Source: a bacterium
Lineage (GTDB): Bacteria > UBA8248
Length of the DNA stretch: 64,000 nucleotides
Direction: 5' to 3'
Assembly: GCA_965199855.1 (NCBI GenBank)
Contig: OZ241326.1
Span: 480,001-544,000, forward strand
The notes below the pieces were generated by a model. That model saw only the letters and a program-made list of their open reading frames with translations. It made no database searches and was not told where the DNA came from. This document shows, piece after piece, positions 46,803-59,939 of this stretch. The position numbers and the translations under genes are program-made. Numbering within the stretch: position 1 is the first letter of the stretch; each line of letters begins with the position of its first letter.

Positions 46803-48142
46803 TGCGGAGAAAAACGCAAGCCGGGCGCGGGCGCCGCGCCGTTCGCCGGGCGATGCTTCTCACGGCTGTGGTTCTCCTCTGGCCTCAAGCCGCGGCCGCC
46901 GAGCGCGTGTTCATCGACATCCACTCCCCGACGGCGAGAAAGATACGGCTGGCGATACCGGAGTTTCGCCCCCTCAAGGGCCGGCGCGACGCCCTGGGTC
47001 TCAGGATGGCGCAGGTCATCGAGTCGGACCTCAGGCGCACCGGGCTGTTCTTCATCCCCGACCGGAAGGGGTATCTGGAGAATCCCATGCGCGCGGGAAT
47101 TCGCAAGCATGAGCAGAAGTTCTCCCAGTGGAGCAAGGTGGTGAAGGTCGAGGCGCTCATCAAGGGCGGCTACGCCGTTTCGGGAAAGACCATCACCGCG
47201 GAAATCTATCTCTACGACGCGCTGCGCTCCGCCCAGGAGCTGGGCAAGCGGTATCAGTATCCCCGGAGCGGCTGGCGCCTGCTGGCGCACAGGTTCGCCA
47301 ACGCGGTGCTCGAGCGCTTCACGGGCGAGAAGGGGGTGTTCGACACCCAGATCGCGTTCGTATCGAGGCGCTCGCTCAGGGAGCGCGGAGAGATCTACAT
47401 CATGGACTGGGACGGCGCCGAGCTCCGGCGGGTCACGCGCAACGGCATGGGCAACAACGCGCCCGCGTGGTCGCCGGATGGAAAATGGATGTCGTATTCC
47501 TCGTTCAAGTCCAGCCCGCCGGGCGTGTTCCTTCTGCCCACGAACGGGGCGCGCGAGTTCAGGGTGAGCTCCGGGCGCGCGCAGGCCATCGGCGGGGCGT
47601 TCTCGCCGCGCTCGCGCTACTTCGCCTTCGCCGAACTCGTGGGGCGAAACTACGAGCTTTTCCGCTACGACCTGAAGACCCGCGTGAAGCGGAGGCTGAC
47701 GCGCAGCTTCGGCATCGACGTGTCGCCTACGTTCTCGCCGGACGGCGGAAAAATCGCCTTCACGTCGAGCCGCGCGGGAAATCCCCACATCTACGTCATG
47801 AACGCGGACGGCAAAGGCGTCCGCCGCATCACCCGCAAGGGAAAATACAACACCGAACCCGAATGGAGTCCCCGGGGGGACAGAATCGCGCTCACGAGCC
47901 GCGTCAAGCGGGGCAAGGAGATCGACATCGTCACCATGAACGCGGACGGCACCGACGTGCGCCGCCTCACGGGCAGCCAGGGACGCAACGAGTCTCCCAC
48001 CTGGTCTCCCGACGGCCGGCACATCGCGTTCTCCTCGGACAGGAGCGGCAGGAAGTACGTCTACGTCATGACTTCGGCCGGCACGCAGCTCAGGAGGCTT
48101 CAGCCGGGACAGGAGCCCGCCTGGTCGCCGAAGCAGAGGTAG
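46802..48142 (+). CDS. tolB: TolB
   Basis: Signal peptide, TolB_N (AHRFAN...FTGE.G.F.T.IAFV) and PD40 repeats (PAWSPDG, PTFSPDG). Confidence 0.95.
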   Translation: MRRKTQAGRGRRAVRRAMLLTAVVLLWPQAAAAERVFIDIHSPTARKIRLAIPEFRPLKGRRDALGLRMAQVIESDLRRTGLFFIPDRKGYLENPMRAGIRKHEQKFSQWSKVVKVEALIKGGYAVSGKTITAEIYLYDALRSAQELGKRYQYPRSGWRLLAHRFANAVLERFTGEKGVFDTQIAFVSRRSLRERGEIYIMDWDGAELRRVTRNGMGNNAPAWSPDGKWMSYSSFKSSPPGVFLLPTNGAREFRVSSGRAQAIGGAFSPRSRYFAFAELVGRNYELFRYDLKTRVKRRLTRSFGIDVSPTFSPDGGKIAFTSSRAGNPHIYVMNADGKGVRRITRKGKYNTEPEWSPRGDRIALTSRVKRGKEIDIVTMNADGTDVRRLTGSQGRNESPTWSPDGRHIAFSSDRSGRKYVYVMTSAGTQLRRLQPGQEPAWSPKQR

Positions 48143-48192
48143 CCGACTCGGGGGGCAGGCCGAACGCCGCGAAAAAAAATCGGGAAACAGGC

Positions 48193-48221
48193 TTGCCCAT
48201 CGCGCGTTCGCCCTTTATACT
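48193..48221 (+). promoter_or_regulatory. Putative sigma70 promoter of pal
   Basis: TTGCCC-N17-TATACT. Confidence 0.6.
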
Positions 48222-48333
48222 GCGCGGATATTTGGGTTTGCGCGAATCGAGGGGAGGCGCTTCCGCTCAGGGCTTTGCCGCGCTTTCCGCTCCAGGGGCA
48301 TCGTAAGGAAAGGACTCCGGGGAGGACGTCTGA

Positions 48334-48924
48334 ATGTTTGTACCGGGCCGTGGAAAACCATATCAATTCCTGCTGGTGGCTGGATTGCTCGCGTTCGCCG
48401 TGGGCTGCGTGAAGCACACGGTGGAGACCGAGCCGGCTCCGCCGCCTCCGCCCAAGCCGGCCGCCATGCCGGAGAAGCCCGCTCCGAAGAAGGAAGTGAA
48501 GATGGAGCGCGACGTGACGGAGGAGGAGCGACGCCGCCGGCGCGCCGCCTTCAGGCGATCGATGGCCGAGTTCGAGAACCGCGTGGTCTTCTTCGATTTC
48601 GACAGGTCGGAGATTCGCCCCGACATGCGCGGCGTCCTGGACGCCAAGGCGCGCTTCCTTCAGGAGTTTCCGACCATTCGGGTGCAGGTCGAGGGGCACT
48701 GCGACGAGCGCGGCACGGTGGAATACAACATCGCGCTCGGCCACAGGCGCTCGCAGAGCTCGAGGGACTATCTGATCTCGCTCGGCGTGAAGCCCTCGCG
48801 CATCGACACGGTGAGCTACGGCGAGGAGCGTCCGGCCGACGCCCGCTCCAGCGAGGCCGCGTGGGCCAGGAACCGGCGGGCGAAGTTCAACGTCATCGGC
48901 GGCGTTCCGGCGGGCATGAACTAG
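48334..48924 (+). CDS. pal: Peptidoglycan-associated lipoprotein Pal
   Basis: Lipobox AVGC, FDFD, EGHCDERG..EYN.ALG, SYGEE, NRR. Confidence 0.95.
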   Translation: MFVPGRGKPYQFLLVAGLLAFAVGCVKHTVETEPAPPPPPKPAAMPEKPAPKKEVKMERDVTEEERRRRRAAFRRSMAEFENRVVFFDFDRSEIRPDMRGVLDAKARFLQEFPTIRVQVEGHCDERGTVEYNIALGHRRSQSSRDYLISLGVKPSRIDTVSYGEERPADARSSEAAWARNRRAKFNVIGGVPAGMN

Positions 48925-48948
48925 CCGCCCGACTTCCCGCGCGAAGGA

Positions 48949-48993
48949 AAAGAACTCCCCGTCGGCGGCAGGCGCCGGGGAGTTCTTTCTTTT
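48949..48993 (+). terminator. Intrinsic terminator hairpin between pal and cpoB
   Basis: AAAGAACTCCCCG ... CGGGGAGTTCTTT followed by CTTTT. Confidence 0.75.
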
Positions 48994-52090
<3,097 letters not shown>

Positions 52091-52152
52091 CGGGGGCAAA
52101 TGTTCCGAATCCACGCGCATCCACATACCCCCTCTCCCGCGGACGCCTTCTC

Positions 52153-53034
52153 ATGAGCCGGGTTCGCAAGGCCGTTTTTCCGGTGGCCGGCCTCGGCACG
52201 CGCTTTCTGCCCGCCACCAAGGTGATCCCCAAAGAGATGCTCCCCATCGTGGACGTTCCGCAGATTCAGATCGGGGTGCAGGAGGCCCTGGACGCCGGCA
52301 TCGAGGAGATCATCTTCATCACCGGGCGCGGCAAGGTCTCCATGGTGGATCACTTCGACGTGGCCTTCGAGGTGGAGTCCCATCTGCGCGAGCGCGGCGA
52401 GGAGAAGCTGCTGGCGGTGGTGGAGGAAATCTCCCGGAAGGCGCGAATCACCTCCATCCGCCAGAAGCGTCCCCTCGGGCTGGGCCACGCGGTTTTGTGC
52501 GCGAAGCCGGCCGTGGGGGAGGAGCCCTTCGCCGTCGTCCTGTGCGACGACATCATCCGGAGCGAGGAGCCCGCCATCGGCCAGCTCGTTCGCGCGTTCG
52601 AGGCCCACGGCGGCGGCGCGCTCGCGGGGCTTCGGGTCGAGAGGAGCGCGCTCTCCAGGTATGGCGTCGTCGATCCTTCCGGCGAGCCGCCCCCCGCGCC
52701 GGGCGTCACGCCCCTCAAGGGGATGGTGGAGAAGCCGAGGCCGGAGGACGCGCCCTCCGACCTCGCCATCATCGGCCGCTACGTTCTGCCGCCCGAGGTT
52801 TTCCCGGCGCTGGAGCGCGCGAGGCCGGACGCCAGGGGGGAGATTCAGCTCACCGACGGCCTGCGGCTTCTGCTCGAGGACGCCGCGCTCTACGCCTGTG
52901 AATACGAGGGCAGGCGCTACGACGCGGGCGACAAGCTGGGCTTTCTGGAGGCGACGGTCGAGTTCGCCCTGGAGCGCGAGGACGTCGGCCCCGCGTTTCG
53001 GGAGTATCTCAGGAGGTTGATGGCCTCATGCTGA
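52153..53034 (+). CDS. galU: UTP--glucose-1-phosphate uridylyltransferase
   Basis: KAVFPVAGLGTRFLPATK..PKEM, GLGHAV, VEKP, GEIQLTD. Confidence 0.97.
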   Translation: MSRVRKAVFPVAGLGTRFLPATKVIPKEMLPIVDVPQIQIGVQEALDAGIEEIIFITGRGKVSMVDHFDVAFEVESHLRERGEEKLLAVVEEISRKARITSIRQKRPLGLGHAVLCAKPAVGEEPFAVVLCDDIIRSEEPAIGQLVRAFEAHGGGALAGLRVERSALSRYGVVDPSGEPPPAPGVTPLKGMVEKPRPEDAPSDLAIIGRYVLPPEVFPALERARPDARGEIQLTDGLRLLLEDAALYACEYEGRRYDAGDKLGFLEATVEFALEREDVGPAFREYLRRLMASC

Positions 53035-53110
53035 GCGAAGCCCCCGCGCCCGAACCCGAACCTCCGGGGCGGGCGTCCGCGAACCCAGGCCGGCGGGGAG
53101 GCGGCCTCTG

Positions 53111-54382
53111 ATGGACGCCGACCTCGTTTTCCGGCTCGCCGCCTTCGTCTTCCTCATGTTCTGCTCGGCCGGCTTCTCGGCCAGCGAGACGGCGCTGTTC
53201 TCCCTGCCGCGCCCCCGGGCGCGCGCCATGCGCCGCGAGGGCGGCGCGGGCGAGCGAATCTCCGATCTTCTGGAGAGGCCCCGGCGGCTCATCACCTCCA
53301 TCCTGATAGGCAACGAAATCGTGAACATCGCCGCCTCCGCGCTGTTCACGGGGGCCGTGGTCGCGCATCTGGAGCCCGACAGGAGGTGGCTCGCGCCCGT
53401 TTTCATGACGCCGCTGCTCATGATCTTCGGCGAGATCACCCCGAAGTCCCTCGCCGCGCGCTACCCCGAGCGCTTCTCGCGCCTGCTGGCGCGGCCCGTG
53501 TCCGCCTTCGCGCTCGTCATCTCTCCGCTGCGGTGGGTCTTCCTCCAGGCGGCGAACGGCGTTCTCTCCTGCATGGGCGCGCCCCCGCGCGCCCCCCAGA
53601 GCATCCTGATGGAGGATGAATTCCTGCATCTCGTGGACGCGGGCCACGCCGAGGGCGAGCTCGAGGAGGGCGAGCGCGAGCTCATTCATAACGTGTTCGG
53701 CTTTCACGACAGGACCGCGGCCGACGTGGCGGTTCCCCGCACGGACCTGGAGTGCTGGGAAATGGGCCTGCCCATCGCCGAGGTGGTCGAGCGCGTCCGC
53801 GCGGGAGCGCATTCGCGCATTCCGATTTTCGAGGGGGATCGGGATCGGATCGTGGGCGTCCTCTACGTCAAGGATTTCCTGCGCCAGACGGGGCGAAGGA
53901 GCTTCGACCCCGGCGAGCGCCTGACGAGGCGGATGCTGCGCGCCCCCCTCGTCGTTCCGGGCGGCATGAAGCTCGACCGCCTCTTCCGGCGCTTTCGCCA
54001 GGAGCGGACCCACCTGGCCATCGCGCAGGACGAGTTCGGCGGCACCCTCGGCCTGGTGACGATGACGGATTTGCTCGAGGAGATATTCGGCGAGATCAAG
54101 GACGAGCACGAGGAGGTCGAGGAAGCCTGGATCGAGCGCGGGGACGATGGCTCCTACCTGTGCCAGGGCCGCGTTCCCCTGGCGGAGTTCTCGGAGGCGA
54201 GCGGCTGGGCGCTTCCCGCCTACGAGGAGGCGAACACGCTGGGCGGCGCCGTATTCACGATGCTCGGCCGCGTCCCGTCGCCGGACGAGAGCGTTCGCCT
54301 GGGGGAGGTGGAATTCACGGTGACCGAGACGAGCGGCTCCCGCGTTCTCCGGGTGCGGGCGCGCAGGCGGGAGGATTCCTGA
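53111..54382 (+). CDS. CNNM/HlyC-CorC family protein (DUF21-CBS-CorC)
   Basis: FSASETA, ILIGN, FGEITPK, HSRIP, DEFGG. Confidence 0.9.
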   Translation: MDADLVFRLAAFVFLMFCSAGFSASETALFSLPRPRARAMRREGGAGERISDLLERPRRLITSILIGNEIVNIAASALFTGAVVAHLEPDRRWLAPVFMTPLLMIFGEITPKSLAARYPERFSRLLARPVSAFALVISPLRWVFLQAANGVLSCMGAPPRAPQSILMEDEFLHLVDAGHAEGELEEGERELIHNVFGFHDRTAADVAVPRTDLECWEMGLPIAEVVERVRAGAHSRIPIFEGDRDRIVGVLYVKDFLRQTGRRSFDPGERLTRRMLRAPLVVPGGMKLDRLFRRFRQERTHLAIAQDEFGGTLGLVTMTDLLEEIFGEIKDEHEEVEEAWIERGDDGSYLCQGRVPLAEFSEASGWALPAYEEANTLGGAVFTMLGRVPSPDESVRLGEVEFTVTETSGSRVLRVRARRREDS

Positions 54383-54383
54383 G

Positions 54384-55649
54384 ATGGAGGTCCTCTCCGT
54401 CGTCGTCATCGGCCTCCTTCTGCTCATGGCGGAGGCGCTGTTCTCTGGCGCGGAGATCGCCATCGTCTCCGCGGATCGCGCCCGCCTGCGCGCCCGCGCC
54501 GAGGCGGGGGACAAGGGCGCGTCGCTCGCCCTTGCGCTGCTGGAGAAGCCCGAGTGGCTCATGGGCACGATTCTCACCTGCCACAACGCGAGCTTCGTGA
54601 CGAACGTCTCCCTGGCCACCATCGCGGCCATCAGCTTCGCCGGCCCCGCCTACGGGGAGGCGCTCTCGGTCGCGCTGGTGATTCCCCTCCTCGTGGTGTT
54701 CGGCGAGGTGGTTCCCAAGGGGTATTGCCAGGAGCGCGCCGACGCGCTCGCCCCCCTGCTGGCGCGCGTCGTCTGGGCGGCGCGGCGGCTGGTGTACCCC
54801 GTCGTCTGGCTCATCAGCGCGCTCATCGGCGCGGTGGCGGGCCTCAGGACGCGCGGCGGCGAGGGCGCGCCCTTCGTGACGAGGCGGGAGCTGGAGTCCC
54901 TGGTGGAGGAGCCGAGCGACGGGGACGTGCAGGCGATGGAGCGGAAAATGATCGGCCGCATCTTCTCGTTCGGCGAACTGGACATGGAGAACGTGCTGGT
55001 GCCCATCGTGGACCTCTCGGCCGTGGACGAGGGCGGCGAGGTGGAGGAGGTGATCCGGAAGATAGAGGACGACGGCCATTCGCGGATTCTGATCTACCGC
55101 GAGAACATGCACCACATCGTGGGCGTCGTTCACGCCAGGGACGTTCTCGGGCTGGGGGCCGAGGCGGCGGGGCGCCTCAGGGAGAAGGAGGGCCTCATCC
55201 GGAGCGTCTATTTCGTGCCGGAGACCAAGCCCGCCGGCGATCTGCTCGACGAGCTGATGAGCCGCAAGGACAAGATGGCCGTGGTGGTGGACGAATACGG
55301 CGCCTGCACCGGCATCGTGACCATGGAGGATCTGGTCGAGGAGATCGTGGGCGACATCGCCGATGAGTATGACGTCGACGAGGCGCCCATGTTCCGCAGG
55401 GCGGGCGAGGGCGACTACCTCATCGACGCCCGCATGGAGGTCGAGGACGCGCGCGAGGCGCTCTCGCTGCCCGTCCCCGAGGGGGACTACGTGACCCTGG
55501 CGGGCTATCTCCTGGAGCGGTTCGAGCGCATTCCGAAGGAGGGCGAGCGCGCCTTCCTGGAGGGGTGGACGCTCATCGTGGAGGCGGCGAGCGAGCGGCG
55601 GATAGAAAGCGTGCGCCTGACGCGCCGCCGCCCGGATGCGTCCGCCTAG
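54384..55649 (+). CDS. Second CNNM/HlyC-CorC family protein
   Basis: FSGAEIA, FGEVVPK, HSRI, DEYG, EEIVGDI. Confidence 0.9.
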   Translation: MEVLSVVVIGLLLLMAEALFSGAEIAIVSADRARLRARAEAGDKGASLALALLEKPEWLMGTILTCHNASFVTNVSLATIAAISFAGPAYGEALSVALVIPLLVVFGEVVPKGYCQERADALAPLLARVVWAARRLVYPVVWLISALIGAVAGLRTRGGEGAPFVTRRELESLVEEPSDGDVQAMERKMIGRIFSFGELDMENVLVPIVDLSAVDEGGEVEEVIRKIEDDGHSRILIYRENMHHIVGVVHARDVLGLGAEAAGRLREKEGLIRSVYFVPETKPAGDLLDELMSRKDKMAVVVDEYGACTGIVTMEDLVEEIVGDIADEYDVDEAPMFRRAGEGDYLIDARMEVEDAREALSLPVPEGDYVTLAGYLLERFERIPKEGERAFLEGWTLIVEAASERRIESVRLTRRRPDASA

Positions 55650-56710
55650 AGAGCCTCGGGCGCGTCCACGCCCAGCCAGCCTCCTATCATTCTGAGCGCG
55701 TCCCACTGGGCGGCCTCGTAGGGGACGCCGTTTTTCTCCGCGTCCGCCTTCGCGCGCGCCTCGCGCTCTCCGGGAAGCAGCATCTCCGGCCCGCCGCTGG
55801 CCTTGATGTCCCGCACCGCCTCGGCCAGCCGCCTCTTCGCGTCCTCCGCCGGGTAGAGCGCGTCCAGCCTCCAGGCTTCCATCGTCTGGGTGACGCGCGC
55901 GTCGGGCTTGACGCGCAGGGTCGGGACGCGCTCCGTCGCGCCGCCGCCGATGACGCCGTCCAGGTCCACCAGCACGGCGAGGCCGGAGCCCTTGTAGCCG
56001 AACTGCTCGCCCCCGAGGGGAAGGACGGAGCCCTTGATCAGCTCCTCATACGGGACGCGGCCGGACAGGACCTCTCCTTCTTCGTCGAGGAAGTAATCGG
56101 GCGGAATCGGCTCTCCCGCCCGGCTGGCGCGAATGGCGGGGCTCACCGCGCGCTGGGTGGTCGCCGCGTCGATGACGACCGCCAGATCCCCCCCCGGCGC
56201 CCCCCAGGCGATGGGGTTCGTGCCCAGGCGGATTCTGTCTCCGCCGTAGGGCTTCATCCACGCGCCGGAGGTGCACGTGGCGCGTCCGGCCAGCCCGCGC
56301 TCGATCAGCGCCTCCACGTAGACGCACGCCGCCCCGAAGTGGTTCGCGTTGCGGACGTAGACCTTTCCGACCCCGTATCGCTCGGCCATGTCTCCCGCGA
56401 GGCGGGCCGCGTCCATCGCCGCCGCCGGGCCGATGCCGCCCCGCGCGTCCATGACGGCGACGGCCCAGCCTTCGTTTCGCCTGACGACCGGCTCGGACTT
56501 CGGGTCGATGCCGCCTTTTTGGATGCGCTCGACGAGTTCGCGCAGGCCCGTCCCGCCCGCCACGCCGTGGCTCGATATGCCGCGCAGATCGGCCGCGGCG
56601 AGAACCTCCGCCGTCACCCGGGCGCGCTCCGCGTCGGCTCCGAGGGTCGTGAGAACCTTCGCGGCGAAGCGGACGAGCGCCTCCGCCGGGACGCGCTTCG
56701 CGCCGCTCAC
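55646..56710 (-). CDS. Ldh_2-family (type 2 malate/L-lactate dehydrogenase-like) oxidoreductase
   Basis: ADLRGISSHG, NHFG, GTNP, YKGSGL, LPGERE; GTG start overlaps the upstream stop. Confidence 0.85.
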   Translation of the reverse strand: MSGAKRVPAEALVRFAAKVLTTLGADAERARVTAEVLAAADLRGISSHGVAGGTGLRELVERIQKGGIDPKSEPVVRRNEGWAVAVMDARGGIGPAAAMDAARLAGDMAERYGVGKVYVRNANHFGAACVYVEALIERGLAGRATCTSGAWMKPYGGDRIRLGTNPIAWGAPGGDLAVVIDAATTQRAVSPAIRASRAGEPIPPDYFLDEEGEVLSGRVPYEELIKGSVLPLGGEQFGYKGSGLAVLVDLDGVIGGGATERVPTLRVKPDARVTQTMEAWRLDALYPAEDAKRRLAEAVRDIKASGGPEMLLPGEREARAKADAEKNGVPYEAAQWDALRMIGGWLGVDAPEAL

Positions 56711-57444
56711 GCCCGTGAATTCCCGTCGGGCGGGGAAGGCCGGGCTTCGCCGAGCGGAAAGCGGACGGCGAACGACGCGCCGCCCTCGGGAGGGGCGGCG
56801 ACCTCCAGGCTTCCGTTCAGCAGAAGGGCGGTGCGGTAGCTCCGGTAGAGGCCGATGCCGATTCCCCGGAGCGCTCCCGGACGCTCGACGGCCTCCGCCA
56901 TCCACTCGATGAACGACCCGAAGCGCGGGGAGGGGAGTTCGGCGCCGCGGTTGCAGGCGGACAGGAGAACGCCCCCGTTCTCCCTCCTGAGAAGCGCGTG
57001 GATGATGCCGCCCCCGGGCGCGGCCTGAATGGCCGCGTCCAGCAGGTCGTCGATGAGAAAGGCGAGCCGCGCGCGGTCGCCGCGCGCTTCGAGGCGCGCG
57101 GGCGTCTCGGGCAGGAACCGGAAGGCCGGAAATCGCCACAGCCGCCTGCCGATGCGCTCGCTGAACAGATGCGCGAGGTCGATTTCCTCGTCCTTCAGGC
57201 GGACGCGCCGCGCCTCGATGTCGGCGGCGTCCGAGAGCGTCTCGATGAGGCGGCTCAGGCCGTGGATGCTCCCGGAGAGGTCCTGAATCTCCTCGCGCGC
57301 CTTCCAGGGGTCCGACTCCTCGGCGAGGGCGAGGAGCCTGCCCTTGAGCCGCGAGACGGGGGCTTCGAGTTCGCGCGTGGCGAGGCGCAGGAACAGGGCC
57401 GCGGAGTGCTCGTCCGGCGATCGCCTCGCTTCGCTCTCGCTCAT
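56707..57444 (-). CDS. Degenerate HisKA-HATPase protein (pseudo-histidine kinase)
   Basis: H-box ATRELEAP (no His), GD..RL...LLDAAI (no Asn), CNRG for DxG, GIGIGL retained. Confidence 0.7.
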   Translation of the reverse strand: MSESEARRSPDEHSAALFLRLATRELEAPVSRLKGRLLALAEESDPWKAREEIQDLSGSIHGLSRLIETLSDAADIEARRVRLKDEEIDLAHLFSERIGRRLWRFPAFRFLPETPARLEARGDRARLAFLIDDLLDAAIQAAPGGGIIHALLRRENGGVLLSACNRGAELPSPRFGSFIEWMAEAVERPGALRGIGIGLYRSYRTALLLNGSLEVAAPPEGGASFAVRFPLGEARPSPPDGNSRA

Positions 57445-57904
57445 GCGGTTTCCCGGCTTTCGGGACGAGGCGATTGCCCGAGCGCGGCGACCGAGTCCAG
57501 GATGAATTCCGCCGTTCCGCTCGTCATCGGGCGCAAGCGCCCTATCTCGTCCAGCGGAAGCCACCTCGCCTCCGAGACGTCGCTCGCCGCCCGGAGGACG
57601 CCGCCCGTCGGGCGGCACACGAAATCGACGAGCACGTAGTGAAACCGCACGCGCTCCATTCGTCCCGGGTGACGCGGTTCAGAACCCGGCCCTCGGAGAC
57701 GATCTCCACGTCGAGGCCCGTCTCCTCCTTCACCTCGCGCGCGCAGGCGCGCTCCAGGTCTTCGCCCAGATCGACGCCGCCCCCCGGGATGCTCCACGCG
57801 CCCGTTTTCGGAGGCCGTCCCCGGCGGACGACAAGGACGTTTTCGCCTTCCAGGACGATTGCGCCCACGCCCACGACGGGGCGAAGCGGATATTCCCGGC
57901 CCAA
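57441..57904 (-). pseudogene. NUDIX (ADP-ribose pyrophosphatase-like) gene with a single-base frameshift near 57655-57660
   Basis: N-half (REYPLRPVVGVG...GGGVDLGE...AREVKEETGL...RVTRDE) continues in another frame as ERVRFHYVLVDFVC...SDVSEARW; could be a sequencing error. Confidence 0.75.
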
Positions 57905-58057
57905 GCTTCCGGCTCCTCGATCGAAAACGAGAGAAAGCGCATCGGCGCCTCGAATCGCGGCGGCGTCTCCCTGGTTCCGGTCTTCAGGATAGCACGTTTC
58001 GCGCTCCGCCGCCTGAGCGAAGCCGCGCGAGACGGCGGGCGCGCCGCGCCTCCCTCA

Positions 58058-58087
58058 TTGACACGGCCGCGGCGCGCGCCGTAGTAT
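58058..58087 (+). promoter_or_regulatory. Putative sigma70 promoter
   Basis: TTGACA-N18-TAGTAT in a divergent intergenic region. Confidence 0.55.
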
Positions 58088-58275
58088 TTTTTCGCTTTCA
58101 GCCTTAGTCTTTCGGGCTTCGCCGGGAGTGGGAAGCGGCCGGCGTTCGGGGTTCTCCGTCGGCGGGGCGCTGGGGGGAGCCCGCGCCATCTCGCAGGGGC
58201 CTCTCTGAACCGGGGGTGCTTTCTTCGGCCGGGTCGCGCGCGGCGAGCGGGAGCCTCCGCGCCGGGGAGCCGCGT

Positions 58276-59118
58276 ATGCCGCCTGAAGTCGTCTTCGCGC
58301 TCCTCGCCCTTTGCTTTCTCGGCGTCAACGATTTTCTCTACAAATGGGGCCAGCGGTGGGAGCTGCGCGGCGGCCCCTTCATGCTTCTCCAGAACATGGC
58401 GTATCTGCCCAACGCCTTCGGGCTGGCCTGGCATCGCGGCGAGCTGCTCTGGAGCCCCGGCCTCGCCTTCGGCTTCCTCAACGGGATTCTGGCTTTCACC
58501 GCGTTTTTGTTCGTCCTGCTCGCCCTGCGGCGGGGCGAGGCGGTGGCGCTCGTGCCGATCGTCCGCCTGAACTTCGCGGTGACGGCCGCGCTCACGATTT
58601 TCTTCCTGGGCGAGAGCGTCAACCTCCTCAAGGGCCTCGGTCTGGCGCTCGCCGCCCTCGCCGTGCTGGCGGGCGGCAGCGGCGTGACGGCCTCCATGGG
58701 GGAGAAGCGCTCCGTCGGCCTGGCGCTCGCCGCCATGTGCATGTTCGGCGTCATCGGGCTTTTCTACAAACTGGGGCTGGGGATGGGCGCGAAGCCCGCC
58801 ATGCTGACGGCGGCGCAAAGCGTGGGCGTCTTCTGCATGGCCGTCCCCTACGCCCTCATTCAGAGGGACCCGCTGCCCAGGAGCGGCGTTCCGCTCTGGC
58901 TGCCGTTCGTCTGCGGCGCGCTCACCTCGTCGAGCTACGTGGCCATCGCCGTGGGGTTCACCTACGGGGAGGCGGTCGTCGTGGCGCCCATCGCGCAGCT
59001 CAGCTTCCTGCTGACCGGGCTGCTCGCCGTCGTCTTCCTGAGAGAGAGGCTGACCTTGAGAAAAGGGGTGGGGGTCGCGTTCGCGGCGGCCTCCGTCGTT
59101 CTGTTCTCCCGCGGGTGA
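58276..59118 (+). CDS. EamA/DMT-family transporter
   Basis: Two 5-TM repeats ending FLGESV and FLRERL. Confidence 0.85.
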   Translation: MPPEVVFALLALCFLGVNDFLYKWGQRWELRGGPFMLLQNMAYLPNAFGLAWHRGELLWSPGLAFGFLNGILAFTAFLFVLLALRRGEAVALVPIVRLNFAVTAALTIFFLGESVNLLKGLGLALAALAVLAGGSGVTASMGEKRSVGLALAAMCMFGVIGLFYKLGLGMGAKPAMLTAAQSVGVFCMAVPYALIQRDPLPRSGVPLWLPFVCGALTSSSYVAIAVGFTYGEAVVVAPIAQLSFLLTGLLAVVFLRERLTLRKGVGVAFAAASVVLFSRG

Positions 59119-59396
59119 GAGTTCAGTCCGCGCCCTCGCTTTCCAGACGCCCGACCTCGCCTCCGCCAGGGTGCCGAACCCGGCTTTCCCCTATCAGGGC
59201 GCTCCCCGGCGGCTCTGCCTCTCGATGGCGGGCGTCCGCCGCCGCGCATGATGCTCCTGCTGAGAATCTTCATGGCGGAAGCCGGCGCATCGGTAGTAGT
59301 ATGGCGAGCGTCAGTGGCCGCGGCGGATGAATCGAAAGGGAAGGCGGGGGAGGCCCACGCGCCGCGCGGGCGGCCCCCGGCGGGGAGGAGGCGCGC

Positions 59397-59939
59397 TTGA
59401 AGCGGATATGCGTTTTCGCGGGCTCGTCGCAGGGGGTTCGGCCCGAGTATCGCGAGGCGGCCCGCGCCCTGGGGCGCGCCCTGGGCTCGCGGGGGGTCGG
59501 CGTGGTGTACGGCGCGGGCGGGGTGGGACTCATGGGCGTTCTCGCCGACGCCGTGCTCGAGAGCGGAGGCGAGATCACCGGCGTGATTCCCGAGAGGCTG
59601 ATGGACATGGAAGTCGCCCACCGGGGCATCACCCGCCTCCGCGTCGTCCGCACGATGCACGAGAGGAAGGCGCTCATGGCGGAGCTCTCCGACGGCTTCA
59701 TCACGCTGCCGGGCGGCCTCGGCACGCTGGAGGAGACGATGGAGATGATCACCTGGCGCCAGCTCGGCTATCACGACAAGCCCGTCGGCCTGCTCAACGT
59801 CGGCGGCTACTACGATCCCCTGCTGGCGTTTTTGCGCTCCATGGGCGAGGAGGGCTTCATCCGGGAGGAGAACCTGAGCCTGTTCTCGGTGCGCGACGCG
59901 CCGGAGGCGCTGCTCGAATGGATGCTTGCTCCCGGGTGA
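59397..59939 (+). CDS. LOG-family nucleotide monophosphate phosphoribohydrolase
   Basis: GLMG, MHERK, PGGLGTLEE, KPVGLLN. Confidence 0.92.
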   Translation: MKRICVFAGSSQGVRPEYREAARALGRALGSRGVGVVYGAGGVGLMGVLADAVLESGGEITGVIPERLMDMEVAHRGITRLRVVRTMHERKALMAELSDGFITLPGGLGTLEETMEMITWRQLGYHDKPVGLLNVGGYYDPLLAFLRSMGEEGFIREENLSLFSVRDAPEALLEWMLAPG

